Origin: Acidobacteriota bacterium
GTDB taxonomy: Bacteria; Acidobacteriota; Vicinamibacteria; Vicinamibacterales; 2-12-FULL-66-21
DNA length: 59,963 bases
Direction: 5' to 3'
Assembly: GCA_003223835.1 (NCBI GenBank)
Contig: QHWR01000094.1
Location: 1 to 59,963, forward strand
Position numbers and translations under genes: made by a program. Under the pieces are notes generated by a model. That model ran no database searches, was not told the DNA's origin, and worked only from the letters and a program-made list of their open reading frames with translations. This document shows, in pieces, positions 41,316 through 49,599 of this stretch; position 1 is the stretch's first letter, and each line of letters opens with the position of its first letter.

Positions 41316-41737
41316 ACGGATGGAGCGAAGGGTTCCTCGGGGTCATCGCCGTCGCGACGCTCGTGATGGCGTTGATTCAGGTCGGCGCGATCATCTTCGC
41401 GGCGCGGCTCGCGCGCCAGGTACAGCAGGTGGTCGCGTCGATCCAGCTCGAGATCCGCCCGCTGATCGCGCGGGCGACGGCCGTCGCCGACGAGGCGTCG
41501 CGCACGGCGACCCTCGCGACCGCGCAGGCGGAAAAGATCGATCGCCTCGTCACCGAGCTCGCGCGGCGCGTGGACGACACGGCGGCGGTCATTCAGGAGG
41601 CCGTCATCACGCCCGCGCGTGAAGGCCTGGCGATCGTCGCCGCGGTGAGGGCCGGGCTGGCCGCGCTGCGGGGCTTGCGCGATTTGCGCCAGCGCACGGG
41701 CCGCGCCGAGGACGAGGACGCGCTGTTCATCGGCTGA
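41312..41737 (+). CDS. Membrane-anchored helical hypothetical protein (DUF948-like)
   Basis: N-terminal TM, amphipathic helices, ends EDEDALFIG; coupled to the YtxH gene. Confidence 0.65.
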   Translation: MNGWSEGFLGVIAVATLVMALIQVGAIIFAARLARQVQQVVASIQLEIRPLIARATAVADEASRTATLATAQAEKIDRLVTELARRVDDTAAVIQEAVITPAREGLAIVAAVRAGLAALRGLRDLRQRTGRAEDEDALFIG

Positions 41738-41791
41738 GTTGACCCGTCGGCGGCGGCGGTGGTAGAACACGTCCACCCGAGGTTTCCTGCC

Positions 41792-42349
41792 ATGCGAACA
41801 CTCTCGCTCCGACGCGCGCTGGCCGTCGCGGGCGCCGCTGCGATGCTGTCGTCGATCGCCGGTCCCGTCCGGGCCCAGGACTCGAAGTCCGCGGCGCTCG
41901 TCAAGGAGCTGACGCAGCTGCTCGACGCCAAGAAGCTCGATGCGATCGCGGCGCCGGATCCGGCCAACCTCGGCACGTACGTCGCGGCGCTGTACTTCCC
42001 GGGCAGCCAGCTCCTCGTGGTCTTGGCCAAGTACGCGGCGCCGCAGCTGCTGAACGAGAAGATTGCCAAGAAGGACTATCGAGAGGTGTACATCGATCTC
42101 AGCTCCGCGTCGATTGCCGGTTCGAAGTTGTTCGTGATGGACGCCAACGCGGACGGGTTGCTGCCGAAGCCGGGAGACGATCAGGCGTTCGACAGCGCGG
42201 AGCGCGGCGGCTCGCAGTTCACGTTCGACGGCGCGTGGAAGAAGGCGAAGATGACGGAAGCCGAGTACCTGAAGGCGTTCGGCGACATCGACGCCGCGTA
42301 CGCAAAGGCGCTGCACCTGCTGATCGGACAGCTCAAGAGCGGCTCGTGA
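41792..42349 (+). CDS. Secreted hypothetical protein
   Basis: Signal peptide ending VRA-QDS; coding-like GC3 bias. Confidence 0.7.
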   Translation: MRTLSLRRALAVAGAAAMLSSIAGPVRAQDSKSAALVKELTQLLDAKKLDAIAAPDPANLGTYVAALYFPGSQLLVVLAKYAAPQLLNEKIAKKDYREVYIDLSSASIAGSKLFVMDANADGLLPKPGDDQAFDSAERGGSQFTFDGAWKKAKMTEAEYLKAFGDIDAAYAKALHLLIGQLKSGS

Positions 42350-42374
42350 TAAGCTGAACGTTCCTTCCGGAATT

Positions 42375-42446
42375 GGGCGCTTGGCTCAGCGGTAGAGCAT
42401 CGCCTTCACACGGCGGGGGTCAGTGGTTCGAATCCACTAGCGCCCA
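42375..42446 (+). tRNA. tRNA-Val (CAC), CCA not encoded
   Basis: Acceptor gggcgct/agcgccc, D arm gctc..gagc, anticodon loop ttCACac, T arm agtgg ttcgaat ccact. Confidence 0.95.
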
Positions 42447-42470
42447 TTACCAATTCTTCTTCGCTGCATT

Positions 42471-43331
42471 TCACCGTCTCTTGTGAGGGAGTCTGCGTTC
42501 CGACGGGCCGTCGTAGACGTGGTCGGAGGGATCGATCTGGCGCATCGGGCGTTCGCGCTGGCGTTCCTCCTGCGCGTGCGCGGCGATGCCAGGGACCCGC
42601 GAGATGATGAAGAGCGCGTTCGCGCTTTCCGGCGGGATGCCGATGTCGCCGCAGACCGCCGCGATTGCGCCGTCGATGTTCACGGGCGGGCGTGGTCCTT
42701 CCGGATGTTCGCTGAGTACCAGCTCGACGGCGCGGATCATCTGGATGTGCTCCGCCTCGATCTCCATCTCGAGCGCCATCTGAAATAACCGCGCGGCGCG
42801 TGGGTCGCGCGTGTGGAAGCGATGGCCGAAGCCCGGGAGAGGCTCTCCCTGCCGGTCCCAGCGCGTCACGATCTCCTGCGCCGCGTCGTGGTACGAGCGG
42901 CCCCCGCGAACCAGCTCGAGCCCCGCGTCGAGAAACTGCATGCAGCTCTCGATGTCGCCGCCGTGGAACCGGCCGAACCCCAGCACGCCCGCCGCGACGC
43001 ACGCGCGCAGCGGCGCCCCCGTCGTCGCCGTATTGCGCGCGGCGAGCGTCGACGGCGGCGTCGCGCCGTGATCGATGAACGACACCAGGATCGCTTCCAT
43101 CAGCCGGCCGACGTTCGGTGACGGCACCTCGCCCATCAACAGCAGGTAGATGGCCTCCCCGAACGTGAGACGTCCCATCATCTCGTCGAGGGGGAAGCCG
43201 CGGACGAGGATCTTGTTTGGCTCGATGCAGGTGAGGTGCGTCCGCCACTTCGGGTCTGTCGTGCGCGGCGCCGCGCGCCGTTCCACCGCCGGGGCGCGAT
43301 CGGATCCGCCGGGCGGTTTGGTTCTCGACAT
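42471..43331 (-). CDS. Citrate synthase superfamily protein (citryl-CoA lyase-like)
   Basis: IDHGATPPST, FHGG, PGFGHRFH..DPR, PVNIDGAIA. Confidence 0.85.
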   Translation of the reverse strand: MSRTKPPGGSDRAPAVERRAAPRTTDPKWRTHLTCIEPNKILVRGFPLDEMMGRLTFGEAIYLLLMGEVPSPNVGRLMEAILVSFIDHGATPPSTLAARNTATTGAPLRACVAAGVLGFGRFHGGDIESCMQFLDAGLELVRGGRSYHDAAQEIVTRWDRQGEPLPGFGHRFHTRDPRAARLFQMALEMEIEAEHIQMIRAVELVLSEHPEGPRPPVNIDGAIAAVCGDIGIPPESANALFIISRVPGIAAHAQEERQRERPMRQIDPSDHVYDGPSERRLPHKRR

Positions 43332-43334
43332 GGC

Positions 43335-43985
43335 CTAGCGTCCCGTCGCGGGGACGTCGGCATCGACCGTTCCGTACAGACGGTCGCCAAAGTCGCCGAG
43401 TCCGGGCACGATGAACTTGTGGGTGTTCAACTCGCGATCGATGACGGGCGTGTAGATCCTGACGCTCGGATGCTGCCGCTGCACGAGCGCCACCCCTTCG
43501 GGCGCGGCGACGATGCAGATCATCCGGACGTCGCGCGCGCCCGCCTGCTTCAACAGATCGAGCGCCGCGACGGCGCTGCCGCCGGTCGCCAGCATCGGAT
43601 CGATCATCAGGACGACGCTGCGATCGAGATCGCGGGGCAGCTTGGCGTAGTACTGCGACGCGATCGCGGTGATCTCGTCGCGCTGCAGGCCGATGTGGCC
43701 GACGCGCGCCGTTGGAATCAGCTCGAGGACGGCGTCGAGCATGCCGAGGCCCGCGCGCAGGACCGGCGCGACCACCACGTCCGCGGAAATCCGGCGTCCC
43801 TCCGCCGGCCCAAGCGGCGTGCGCACGGTGACGGGCGAGACGGGCAGATCGCGCGTCGCTTCCGCGGCCAGCAGAAGGCTGATGCGGACGGCCATCCGCC
43901 GGAAGAGTTCCGGCGCGGTCGCCGCGTCGCGCAGCGTCACGAGCGCATCGTGAACGAGCGGATGATCGACGACGTGGACGGGCAC
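43335..43985 (-). CDS. upp: Uracil phosphoribosyltransferase
   Basis: VDHPLV, PVLRAGLGM, IGLQRDE, DPMLATGGS, FIVPGLGDFGDRLYGT; GTG 43985 lies 6 nt after TATAGT. Confidence 0.96.
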   Translation of the reverse strand: MPVHVVDHPLVHDALVTLRDAATAPELFRRMAVRISLLLAAEATRDLPVSPVTVRTPLGPAEGRRISADVVVAPVLRAGLGMLDAVLELIPTARVGHIGLQRDEITAIASQYYAKLPRDLDRSVVLMIDPMLATGGSAVAALDLLKQAGARDVRMICIVAAPEGVALVQRQHPSVRIYTPVIDRELNTHKFIVPGLGDFGDRLYGTVDADVPATGR

Positions 43986-44003
43986 GGGGGAACTATACAA
44001 CAA

Positions 44004-44091
44004 GGATGGCGGATGACGGATGACCGCGATCCGAGGATCGCGATCCGACGATCGTGATCCAACGTTCGGCCCTCGGTCCTCGGTCATCGGC
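44004..44091. repeat. Degenerate heptamer arrays between divergent upp and the deaminase gene
   Basis: ggatggc ggatgac ggatgac ... cggccct cggtcct cggtcat. Confidence 0.7.
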
Positions 44092-44128
44092 TTTGCAAGA
44101 CCGTTGCGATAGAATTGCGGGGCTTTCG

Positions 44129-45532
44129 ATGCGAACGTTGTTCTCGCTGATCGCAGCCGTGTGCGCCGGCACCTTGAGCGTGTCGCCGCTTCAGCCGCGC
44201 CCTGTCTCGCTCGTCGTCGCCAACGGCATCGTCGTGACGGAGAATCAGTCGCGGCGCGTCATCCAGCGTGGGGCGGTCGCGATCGACGGACGCGACATCG
44301 TGGCGGTGGACGAGGCGGAGGCGATCGCGGCGCGGTTCACGGCGAGCGAGCGCGTGGACGCGGACGGCGGCGTCATCATGCCCGGGCTGATCAACACCCA
44401 CACGCACGCGCCCATGGTGTTGTTCCGCGGGCTGGCCGACGACCTCGCACTGATGGAGTGGCTCCAGAAATACATCTTTCCGGCGGAAGCGAAGACGGTG
44501 TCGCCGGAATTCGTCAGGGCGGGCACCCGGCTGGCGGCGCTGGAGATGATCGAGTCGGGCACGACCACCTACGTGGACATGTACTACTTCGAGGAGGAAA
44601 TCGCGCGGGCCACACGCGAGGCCGGACTGCGCGGCGTCCTCGGCGAAACGATCATCCAGTTCCCCGTCCCGGACGCGAAAACGCCGGCGGAGGGAATCGC
44701 GCGCGCGGAGAGGTTCATCGAGGGGTTCGCAGACGACGACCTCATCACGCCGGCGATTGCGCCGCACGCGATGTACACGAACGACGCGGCGACGTTGAAG
44801 GCGTGCCGCGCGGTCGCCGACCGGCTGCACGCGCCGGTCATCATCCATCTCGCGGAAACGAAGGACGAGGCGAACGGGTCGCAGCAGAAGCACCACAAAA
44901 CGCCCGTCGCGTATCTCGACTCGCTGGGCTTCTGGGGACCGCGAACGATCGCGGCCCACGGCGTGTGGCTGACGTCCGACGACATGCGGGTGCTCGCGCG
45001 ACGGCACTTCGGCGTCTCGCACAATCCCGAAAGCAACATGAAGCTGGCGAGCGGCTGGGCCCGCGTGCCCGAGATGCGCCGCGCCGGAATCCCCGTCGGG
45101 CTCGGCACCGACGGCGCCGCCAGCAACAACGACCTCGACATGTTCGAAGCGATGCGGCAGGCGGCGTTCCTGCACAAGCTGATGACGAACGATCCGCGCG
45201 CGATTCCCGCGCCGGTGGCGATCGACATGGCGACGATCGACGGCGCGCGCGCGATCGGCATGGATCGGGAGATCGGTTCGCTCGAGCCCGGCAAACGCGC
45301 GGACGTGATCGTCGTCTCGATGCGCGCGGCGCGCCAGACGCCGCTCTACGACGCGCTGTCGCACCTCGTCTACGTCACGCGCGGCGACGACGTGCGCGCG
45401 ACGATCGTGAACGGGAAGGTGCTGATGCGCGATCGCAGGGTCCTGACGCTCGATCGGGAAGCCGTCCTGACGGAGGCCCGCGCGATGGCCGCGCGCGTGC
45501 GCGAGGCGGTCAGGCCGGGCGGAGGGAAATGA
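44129..45532 (+). CDS. Amidohydrolase, MTA/SAH deaminase (MtaD-like)
   Basis: PGLINTHTH, RGLADDL.LMEWL, DMYYF, APHA.YT, IHLAET, HNPESNMKLASG, GTDGAASNNDLD. Confidence 0.88.
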   Translation: MRTLFSLIAAVCAGTLSVSPLQPRPVSLVVANGIVVTENQSRRVIQRGAVAIDGRDIVAVDEAEAIAARFTASERVDADGGVIMPGLINTHTHAPMVLFRGLADDLALMEWLQKYIFPAEAKTVSPEFVRAGTRLAALEMIESGTTTYVDMYYFEEEIARATREAGLRGVLGETIIQFPVPDAKTPAEGIARAERFIEGFADDDLITPAIAPHAMYTNDAATLKACRAVADRLHAPVIIHLAETKDEANGSQQKHHKTPVAYLDSLGFWGPRTIAAHGVWLTSDDMRVLARRHFGVSHNPESNMKLASGWARVPEMRRAGIPVGLGTDGAASNNDLDMFEAMRQAAFLHKLMTNDPRAIPAPVAIDMATIDGARAIGMDREIGSLEPGKRADVIVVSMRAARQTPLYDALSHLVYVTRGDDVRATIVNGKVLMRDRRVLTLDREAVLTEARAMAARVREAVRPGGGK

Positions 45533-46050
45533 GCACGACGACCGTCCTGATTCGTTCGGAGGAGATCCAGAGCCGGATCCGCGCGCTCGCGGGGGAGATC
45601 GAGGCGGACTATCCGCCGAACGACGAGATCCACCTCGTCGGGGTCCTCAAAGGGGGATTCATGTTCATGGCGGACCTCGTCCGCGCGATGAGCTCGCGGG
45701 TCACCCTCGATTTCATGGCGGTCTCGAGCTACGGCAAGGGCACGCGGTCGTCGGGCGAGGTCCGCGTCCTCAAGGATCTCGACAGCGGGCTCGAAGGACG
45801 CAACGTGATCATCGTCGAGGACATCGTCGACACGGGGCTGACGCTGCATTACATGCAGGACATTCTGAAGGCGCGCTTTCCCCGGAGCCTCCGGACCGCG
45901 TGTCTGCTCAGCAAGCCCTCGCGGCGTCAGGTGGACGTGAAGGTCGATTACATCGGCTTCACGATCGAGGATCGGTTCGTCGTTGGCTACGGCCTCGATT
46001 ATGGCGAGAAGTACCGCAATCTGCCGGACATCGCGATCTTGAACGAGTGA
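45529..46050 (+). CDS. hpt: Hypoxanthine phosphoribosyltransferase
   Basis: GVLKGGFMFMADL, VSSYG, IVEDIVDTGLTL, FVVGYGLDY.EKYRNLP. Confidence 0.96.
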   Translation: MSTTTVLIRSEEIQSRIRALAGEIEADYPPNDEIHLVGVLKGGFMFMADLVRAMSSRVTLDFMAVSSYGKGTRSSGEVRVLKDLDSGLEGRNVIIVEDIVDTGLTLHYMQDILKARFPRSLRTACLLSKPSRRQVDVKVDYIGFTIEDRFVVGYGLDYGEKYRNLPDIAILNE

Positions 46051-46694
46051 TGGGCGTCCTGCGGTTCGACATCATCACGGAGGCGGATGCGCGGCAGATC
46101 GAGCACGGCGCGACGGTGGAGTTGACGGCCGGAGGTCACGTGACGCCGCTCGCTGCCGATACGCTGCGCGCGCGGCGCGTGACGGTCGTACCCGCAGGAT
46201 CGGTGGACCCGGCGTTGCCGGCGGATCTGGCGCCCGCGGCGGACGTTCGTCGCGTCGCGATCGGGAGCGACCATACCGGCATCGCGCTGCGCAAGGCGAT
46301 CGTCGCGCACCTGCGCGGCCGGGGACTCGCGGTCGAGGATCGCGGCACGGACAGCACGGCGGCGGTCGATTACCCGGACGTCGCGGCATCGGTGGCGACG
46401 ACGGTCGCGCGCGGAGAAGCGGATGCCGGGATCGTCATCGACGGCGCGGGCATCGGCTCGGCGATTGCGGCCAACAAGATCCGCGGCATCCGCGCGGCGA
46501 TGTGCATCGACGAGACGATCGCGCGGTACTCGCGCGAACACAACGGCGCGAACGTGATGACGCTCGGGTCGACGCTCCTGCCGGACGCGGAGACCGCGCT
46601 GCGGATTGTGGACGTCTGGCTCGGAACCGCCATGAAGGAGCCGAGATACATCAGGCGCCTGCTCAAGATTCGTCGTCTGGAAGACAAGTTCTGA
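46050..46694 (+). CDS. rpiB: RpiB/LacA/LacB sugar-phosphate isomerase with an extra N-terminal domain
   Basis: AIGSDHTG, VDYPD, IDGAGIGS.IAANKI.GIRAA, SREHNGANV; about 65-aa N-terminal extension IITEAD...VTPLAAD. Confidence 0.88.
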   Translation: MGVLRFDIITEADARQIEHGATVELTAGGHVTPLAADTLRARRVTVVPAGSVDPALPADLAPAADVRRVAIGSDHTGIALRKAIVAHLRGRGLAVEDRGTDSTAAVDYPDVAASVATTVARGEADAGIVIDGAGIGSAIAANKIRGIRAAMCIDETIARYSREHNGANVMTLGSTLLPDAETALRIVDVWLGTAMKEPRYIRRLLKIRRLEDKF

Positions 46695-46715
46695 GAAGCC
46701 CGGATTCCGATTGAG

Positions 46716-47597
46716 ATGCTCAACCCGACCGACCTGCAGCGGCTGATCGAGATCATCACGGAGGAACTGGTCGCGGCCGAGCGCCGCGCGCCGGCGCAGT
46801 CGCAGTGCGCCTGCCACGCGGTCCTGTACGAGTGTTGTCCGGACCGCCTCCAGGGCGTGCTCGCGGCGGGCGCGTCGCGGCTCGGCCTCCACGCGTCGGG
46901 CGGCGCCGCGGGCGCCGTCGCGACGATGATCGATCACACGCTGCTGAAGCCCGACGCGACGCGCGCCGAGATCGAGAAGTTGTGCCGCGAAGCGGCCGAG
47001 TTCCACTTCGCGACCGTGTGCATCAATCCGGTGTGGGTCGCGCTGTGCGCATCGCTGTTGCGCGGATCCGGCGTCGGCGTGTGTTCGGTCGTCGGGTTCC
47101 CGCTGGGCGCGACGACGCCCGACGTCAAGCATTATGAAACGCGCCGCGCGATCTTCGACGGGGCGACCGAAATCGACATGGTCATCAACGTCGGCGCCCT
47201 CAAATCCGGCGACCTGCGGCTCGTCGAGCGGGACATCGAGGCGGTGACGTCGCCCTGCCGCGAGGCGGGCGCGACGAGCAAAGTGATCATCGAGGCCGCG
47301 CTCCTGACCGACGAGGAAAAGGTGACGGCGTCCACGATCGCGAAAGCGGCCGCCGCCGATTTCGTCAAGACGTCAACGGGCTTCGGCCCCGGCGGCGCGA
47401 CCGTGGCCGACGTCGCGCTGATGCGCCGCGTGGTCGGCGCCGACATGGGCGTGAAGGCCGCGGGCGGCGTCCGCGACTACGAGGGCCTCAAGGCCATGGT
47501 CGCCGCGGGCGCCACGCGCGTCGGCGCGAGCGCCGGCGTCAAGATCGTGCAGGAGTCGCAAGGACAGAAGACCCTCGCTTCCACCTCGGGTTATTAG
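46716..47597 (+). CDS. deoC: Deoxyribose-phosphate aldolase with N-terminal extension
   Basis: [42 protein letters not shown]. Confidence 0.95.
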   Translation: MLNPTDLQRLIEIITEELVAAERRAPAQSQCACHAVLYECCPDRLQGVLAAGASRLGLHASGGAAGAVATMIDHTLLKPDATRAEIEKLCREAAEFHFATVCINPVWVALCASLLRGSGVGVCSVVGFPLGATTPDVKHYETRRAIFDGATEIDMVINVGALKSGDLRLVERDIEAVTSPCREAGATSKVIIEAALLTDEEKVTASTIAKAAAADFVKTSTGFGPGGATVADVALMRRVVGADMGVKAAGGVRDYEGLKAMVAAGATRVGASAGVKIVQESQGQKTLASTSGY

Positions 47598-47609
47598 TCG
47601 GCCTCGCTC

Positions 47610-47654
47610 GCCGTTCGACGTGGCTCAGGGCGACGCTGAGCCTGTCGAAGGGTC
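47610..47654. repeat. Palindromic REP-like element, second family (copy 2), between convergent genes
   Basis: ttcgacgtggctcag...ctgagcctgtcgaa; shares a 17-mer with 5185-5201. Confidence 0.75.
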
Positions 47655-47666
47655 GGGCCGCAGGCG

Positions 47667-48743
47667 CTACGGCCACATCGCGATGCCGCGCGCGCGGAAG
47701 ATGCGATCGATGCGGCGGCGGATCTCGCGCCCGACTTCCCACTGCTTGAGCGGCGCGGTCTTGATCCGCACCTTGATCCGCATGCACTTCTCGTCGAACG
47801 CATCGACGCCCATCACTTCGAGCGGCTCCAGAATCGAGACCTTGAACCGGTCGTCCGCCTGCACGTCGGCGCCGATCTGCCTGACGAGCGCCATCACCTC
47901 GTCGGGATCGTGGCGGTAGACGACAGGGAGGTTGATGACGTAATAGGCGTAGTCCTTGGTCAGGTTCGCGAGCGTGCTGACGGTCCCGTTCGGGATGACG
48001 AACACCGTCCCTTCTTCGTTGCGCAGGATGATGGTGCGCAGGTTGATCGCTTCGACGGACCCGGCGATGCCGTTGATCGACGCGACGTCGCCGACCCGCA
48101 CCTGGTTCTCGAGAATCAGGAAGAAGCCGCCGATCACGTCTCGCACCAGCGCCTGCGCGCCGAACCCGAGCGCGACGCCGACGATGCCGGCGCCCGTCAG
48201 CGCCGGCGCGATGTCGACGCGGAACTCGCGCAGAATCATCAGGACGGCCATCACCGCCACGAGGACGCCGGTGACGCTCGTGAGCAGGGAGCCCAGCGTC
48301 CGCGCGCGCTTCGCGCGCTCGAGCGCGTCCAGCCCCGTGCCGAAATTGACGTCGTGCTCGAAGCGCGTGACGACGACCGCGACGATGCGGATGACCGCGT
48401 AGGCGACGACGAGAATCAGGAGGACGCGGAGTCCCGAATCGAACGTCCAGGAGCTGATCGTCCGGAGGTGGACGCCGGCGCGCGGCCGGAGCCCGGCCAG
48501 TTCGAGCGCCGGGACGATGAGCACGCTGAACGCGAGGATGAACGCCGCGAAGCCGATGAACCGCAGCGGCGTCCGGACGACGGGGCTCGTGGTGACGAGC
48601 GTATCGCGCACGATCGCGTGCATGACCCGCCGGAACGCGCCGCGCGCGCCGTGCGCCACGATCCAGCCAACCACCGCGGTGATCGCCACCGCCAGCAGAA
48701 ACAGGCGCCAGTTCGCGGGATTGTCGAAAAGTCGGGACCACAT
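47667..48743 (-). CDS. MscS family mechanosensitive channel
   Basis: GAGIVGVALGFGAQALVRDVIGGFFLILENQVRVGD, GSVEAINLRT, IPNG. Confidence 0.92.
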   Translation of the reverse strand: MWSRLFDNPANWRLFLLAVAITAVVGWIVAHGARGAFRRVMHAIVRDTLVTTSPVVRTPLRFIGFAAFILAFSVLIVPALELAGLRPRAGVHLRTISSWTFDSGLRVLLILVVAYAVIRIVAVVVTRFEHDVNFGTGLDALERAKRARTLGSLLTSVTGVLVAVMAVLMILREFRVDIAPALTGAGIVGVALGFGAQALVRDVIGGFFLILENQVRVGDVASINGIAGSVEAINLRTIILRNEEGTVFVIPNGTVSTLANLTKDYAYYVINLPVVYRHDPDEVMALVRQIGADVQADDRFKVSILEPLEVMGVDAFDEKCMRIKVRIKTAPLKQWEVGREIRRRIDRIFRARGIAMWP

Positions 48744-48751
48744 TGTGTCGA

Positions 48752-48797
48752 ATTTGGCTTTGGGCTTTAGGCTTTGGGCTTTGGGAAAGCCCAAAGT
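48752..48797. repeat. Heptamer array (TTTGGGC)n with short inverted arm
   Basis: tttggc tttgggc tttaggc tttgggc tttggg aaagcccaaag; the same unit (AAAGCCC) occurs in the ppdK 5' end near 15592-15610. Confidence 0.85.
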
Positions 48798-49517
48798 CTA
48801 GCCGTTTCCATGGCCATCCGCGCCGCGCGGCGAGCGGCGGGTAATCTCGTCGCGGATCGCCCATAGCTCGAGAAAGAACCGCACATCGATCCGCTTGCCC
48901 AGCACTTCGACCGGCGTGCCCTGCGTGCCGATGACATGGCCGCCGATAATCCGCTCCACGATCTTCAAGTGGTGAAATCTCCACTCGATGACCCGTTCGT
49001 CCCACGTCAGCAACTGCTCCGCGAGCTGGTACAGGTCATCGGCTTCGTCCGCGTGCTCGTACACCTCGAGCAGCGAAACGCGCCGGCGGGCGCGCAGCCG
49101 CACGAACGCGTCGCCGGCGGCAGGCGATAAGTGATGCACCTGGCGGAATCCCGGAGAGTCGAAGCCGGCGCCGTGGCCGAGCGCCGTGCGGACCACGGCG
49201 TAATCGATCGGCGACAGGTGGTCGAGCATGTGCAGGTGGCGCGTTACCAGCGCGACCGCGTCGTTCGCGCGCCGCAGCAGCCGGACCGCCTTCGACGGTC
49301 GATCCACGTCGATCAGCGATGTCGCCGCGGCAAGCTCGAGACACGCCAGCTTCAGCCACAGCTCGGACGATTGATGCACCGTCTGAAACAGGTGCTCGTC
49401 ATGATGGACGACTTCACCGGGCGCCTTCTGCAGCGACAGCAGTTCGTCGGTGCGGAGATACCGCTCGTAATCGGTCGCAGCGGTTCCGGGCAGGATGGGT
49501 TCGTTGAGATCGTCCAT
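48798..49517 (-). CDS. Tryptophan 2,3-dioxygenase family protein
   Basis: YERYLRTDELLSLQ, HDEHLFQTVHQSSELWLK, WRFHHLKIVERIIG, FLELWAIR. Confidence 0.85.
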   Translation of the reverse strand: MDDLNEPILPGTAATDYERYLRTDELLSLQKAPGEVVHHDEHLFQTVHQSSELWLKLACLELAAATSLIDVDRPSKAVRLLRRANDAVALVTRHLHMLDHLSPIDYAVVRTALGHGAGFDSPGFRQVHHLSPAAGDAFVRLRARRRVSLLEVYEHADEADDLYQLAEQLLTWDERVIEWRFHHLKIVERIIGGHVIGTQGTPVEVLGKRIDVRFFLELWAIRDEITRRSPRGADGHGNG

Positions 49518-49599
49518 GGTGGATCGCCGGAACGCAATAGATAGCGATCGCGCAGGATCGCGCAGCGAAAACTACGCGCTCCGGCTGCGCGCTACAGTA

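Noticed and set aside
42375-42470. tRNA-Val as an integration site for an island or prophage
   Set aside because: No integrase and no duplicated tRNA 3' end seen in the window; flanking genes are housekeeping-like
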